A stretch of DNA of 64,000 nucleotides from Leucoraja ocellata (taxonomy: Eukaryota). A model generated the notes under the pieces. The model was given only the letters and a program-made list of their open reading frames with translations, searched no databases and was not told the origin of the DNA. Below, one piece after another: positions 60,525 through 64,000 of the stretch. The DNA is taken from the NCBI GenBank assembly GCA_036785375.1, contig JAWMAR010000016.1, positions 7,812,001 to 7,876,000 of the forward strand. Direction: 5' to 3'. Positions within the stretch are counted from its first letter, which is position 1; each line of letters opens with the position of its first letter. The translations under genes and the position numbers were made by a program.

Positions 60525-60990
60525 TAGATACAAGGAGTTGCAGATGCTGCTTTACGAGAAAAGACACAAATGCTGGAGTTACTCAGCGGAACAGGCAGCA
60601 TCTCTAGAGAGAAGGAATAGGTGACGTTTCGGGTTGAGACCCTTCTTCAGATTGAAAGTCATGGGAAAGGGAAACGAGCGATATACACGATGATGTAGAG
60701 AGATATAGAACAATAAATGACGGATATGCAAAAAAGTAACAATGATAAAGGACTGTTAGCTGTTCGTTGGGTAAAAATGAGCTGGTGCCACTTGGTTGTG
60801 GGAGAGATGGAGAGAGGGGGAATGCCGGGTTTACTTGAAGTTAGAGAAATCTATATTCAAACCACTGAGCTGTAAGCTGCCCAAGTGAAATATGAGATGC
60901 TGTTCCTGTAATTTGCATTTCGCCTCACTCTGACAATGGAGGAGGCCAAGGACGGAGCGGTCAGTGTTGGAATGGGAAGGAGAATTATGT
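60525..60990 (-). mobile_element. Penelope 3' end and pseudo-LTR with a hammerhead core (60623-60650)
   Basis: [36 protein letters not shown], then CTGAAGA-A-GGGT-CTCA-ACCC-GAAAC-GTC. Similar copies lie at 23660-23940, 29045-29460 and 42556-42945. Confidence 0.8.
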
Positions 60991-62974
60991 TTGGTCAAGT
61001 GTGTATACAATGGCCTCATTACTTGTGCTGTGCTCGTTAGAAGCTTGCTGGAAGAAATCAGGTAATTCAAATGCTCACCTGATCCTTGCATGTCTGCTTC
61101 ACTGCAGTTGTGTGATTTAAAGGTATCCTGCACCCGCTGAGAACCCAACTCATGTAAGCTCAGCTCTTTACTGCAGCAAGTACACTCACAGGAAAACCCA
61201 TGGTCACAAACGCCATCCACCCTTCAAGCTCAAAACCTTTATTGATCACCAGCCCCTATGGACACCAAGCAATCAATCATCTGCATTCACCACCATTGAT
61301 CACACAATCACTCTACCGCTCCCCACACTGATCAGCTTATCAATGCCCCAATTAAGGCAATGGATCACCCAACACAAGGCTCACTGCTTAATGATTGATA
61401 ACCAGGCTACCAATTGTAACACTCAATCCACCATTTGTTCCCTGATAGCCTCCATCGCTTACTGCAGTAGTCCCAACCCACTGCTATCCCCACAGCAGTC
61501 CATTATGTCAGAAGCTTCCTCGTGGCGATCCCTGGAAGCGACGACGCGATGCACTCTGTGACGCCAACAGCGAGCGACATCGTCTGACACACGAGAGAAT
61601 GAGCAGTCCATTGACATACCACGACCCCATTCCTGACCAGCAATTGCGGGCCTCCATCACCACCAGGTGGTCCCTCATCATGAACACCATCCTTGGCCCC
61701 TCTCTTCGATACTTCTTCCTCAACCTCTCCTCCTCATCCACACCACAGCCTTAGGAATCAGCAGCAGCCCCAGTCTTACACAATATCCTTCAAGTGCTAT
61801 GAACCGACCCAGTGCATGAAGGTCAAACCGTTCCAGTTTAATATTGATTCAGTTGCATCAAAGCCTTGTAATTTGAGCATTATTCAGTTTCAGTTCAGAT
61901 TCAGTTTAGTTTATTGTCACGTATACTGAGATACAGTGAAAAGCTTTTGTTGCGTGCTAACCAATCAGCTAAAGACAATACATGATTACCATAGAGCCAT
62001 TTTCAGTGTTTTGATGCATGATAGGGGAATAACGTTTTGGTCCAGGTAACAGCAGTAAAGTCCGATCAAAGATAGTTGAAGGGTCACTAATGAGGTTGAT
62101 AGTAGTTCAGCACTACTCGCTAGTTGTGGTAGGATGATTCTGTCGCCTGATAACAGTTGGCAAGAAACTGTCCCTGAATCTGAAGGTGTGCGTTTTCCCG
62201 ATGCGAGAGGGGATACTGCAGCCAGGGTGTAACTTGTCCTTGGTTATGCTGCTGGCCTTGCCGAGGCAGTGTGAGGTACAAATGGGGTCAATGGAGGGGA
62301 GGTTGGATGTGGGATGGTCTGTCAAATTTCCAAATGATAGGCAGAGTGACCATTTAACTAACATGAGAAGATGTCAGTAACATGAGTACGAGTGTGTTTC
62401 CGTTTGAATTCTGCATTAGATTTCCCCCATGTCTCTATGCCAAAGATATTTGTAATTTCTCATCTTGTTAAGCTGAAACAAATCTACAAACAAATGATTT
62501 TAACCCCTTTCTTAAAGATGTTAAATTGAATAGAAATATCACAAAACTACAGACGCTGGAATCTTAAGCAAAACACAAAGTGCTGGAATAAATCAGCAGG
62601 CCAGGGAGCAACTGTGAATGGACAGGCGACGTTTCAGAACCCTAAATATCAGATGCTGTCTGACTTGCTGAGTTTCTTCAGTAATTTTTTGTTGCTTGGC
62701 ATTAAATTAAAAGTGACTTTTACTTTGCTGAAACTGGACAAGATACTTAATTTCTCTCACAGAAAGAAAAGTTACAGGAAGAAAGTGAAAGAGAAGGAGG
62801 AGGATTTGAGGGACTTGTGAAAAGTGAAGAGATGAATTGTATAGAAGTTAATTAAAAAAAATACTCCCCAAGCTTCAAGAGAAAATCAAGTGTCAAGAGT
62901 GTTTAATTGTCATATGTACGGAAATGGAACAGCGAAATTCTTACTGACAGGTTTGTAATCACAGTACTCAATAG

Positions 62975-63457
62975 AAAGTAAGCATACAGGTACAGCAGGC
63001 AGTGAAGAAAGCGAATGGCATGTTGGCCTTTATAACAAGAGGAATCAAATATACTGTAGGAACAAAGAGGTCCTTCTGCAGTTGTACAGAGCCCTAGTGA
63101 GATCACACCTGGAGTATTGTGTGCAGTTTTTGTCCCCTAATTTGAGGAAGGACATTCTTGCTATTGAGGGAGTGCAGCGTAGGTTTACAAGGTTAATTCC
63201 CAGGATGGCAGGACTGTCATACACTGAGAGAATAGAGCAGCTGGGCTTGTACACTCTGCAGTTTAGAAGGATGATAGGGTATCTCATTGAAACATATAAG
63301 ATTGTTAAGGGCTTGGACACGCTAGAGGCAGGAAACATGTACCCAATGTTAGGGGAGTCCAGAACCAGGGGCCACCGTTTAAGAATAAGGGGTAAGCCAT
63401 TTAGAATGGAGATGAGGAAACACTTTTTCTCACAGAGAATGGTAAGTCTGTGGAATT
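62975..63457 (+). mobile_element. CR1 fragment truncated by the following element
   Basis: [15 protein letters not shown]...FFSQRMVSLWN, with an abrupt end. Confidence 0.88.
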
Positions 63458-64000
63458 TTACTTCGGAGTCACGTGAGTGACTACGTGAAGAAGCCCGCCA
63501 GGACACATGCGTGTCATATCGCTACACGCATTGCGAAACGTCAGACGCGGTGGAACGACGTTCACCCGCAGCGGCAGTTTAAAAGCCGCAACTTGCAGGT
63601 AAGAGTTTACTCTGCGGTCTTTTTTGTTTCCATTTCCAACTACAGGTGGGAACATGGACAAAACAAAGAAGACAAGGGCTGCGACAAAGCTGGTGAGGGA
63701 GGACCGCGGAGCAGCGGGCAGCCAGCAGCAGCCAGCGGCACTTGGATCACCAATAGTGGGATCAGCTGTGCCCGATGTCGCCTCCGCACCGGCCAGATCC
63801 ACGCAGCCGGGCGGTAAGGCTAGACACAAAACAAACAAGGTCGTGGACTCAGAGGAGTCCGACTTTGAACAACCGCGGGCGGCCAGCGACCGAGAGCGCT
63901 GGAGCCGGATGGAACGGTGTGTGGAGCATTTGCTCCAACGTGACAGACTCTGGGAGATGGAGTTGGGTCACTGTGGGCCCTATGATAAACCCACAGTAGT
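63458..64000 (+). mobile_element. Start of a CpG-rich element with an ORF from 63654 running off the window; possibly a DIRS-like retrotransposon
   Basis: Sharp junction inside CR1; starts ttacttcggagtcacgtgagtgactacgtgaag; ORF MDKTKKTRAATKLVRED...RWSRMERCVEHLLQRDRLWEME... is open for 115 codons. The family call rests on remembered resemblance only. Confidence 0.45.

Noticed and set aside
61080-61800. Possible decayed Harbinger transposase C-terminus (DEEE...RDHL)
   Set aside because: No catalytic or CCVLHN-type motif and no TIRs found; too degraded to call.
28000-64000. Search for the human syntenic neighbours PTPN22, BCL2L15 and HIPK1
   Set aside because: No convincing exons were found by eye; small or divergent exons could have been missed, and tBLASTn would settle it.

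Overview
Eukaryotic, repeat-rich vertebrate DNA, most likely a cartilaginous fish (skate or ray). This is inferred from the HE1-type V-SINEs, CR1/HER1-type LINEs and Penelope-derived elements. Two spliced protein-coding genes could be assembled by hand. (1) A complete AP4B1 (AP-4 complex beta-1 subunit) on the + strand: 9 coding exons, 11958-27827, 2232-nt CDS, 743 aa, all introns GT-AG. (2) Head-to-head with it, a 164-aa actinoporin-like (sea-anemone cytolysin family) gene on the - strand: coding exons 6081-6148 and 2209-2635, with a probable non-coding first exon at a CpG-rich NRF1/ETS promoter near 7.45-7.7 kb. The ORF track shows only part of this gene. No further protein-coding gene was recognised in 28-64 kb. 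The rest is transposon-derived: CR1, Rex1/Babar, Vingi and Penelope retroelements, V-SINEs, Harbinger, hAT and pogo/Tc1-type MITEs, Helitron ends and the probable start of a DIRS-like element. There are two assembly gaps and no CRISPR, rRNA or tRNA genes. The best leads are the actinoporin-like gene and its genomic setting, and a family of miniature Penelope-derived foldback elements with hammerhead-ribozyme cores and 13-15-bp target-site duplications (TSDs), one of which lies in the AP4B1 3' UTR. All assignments were made by eye; no database searches were run.
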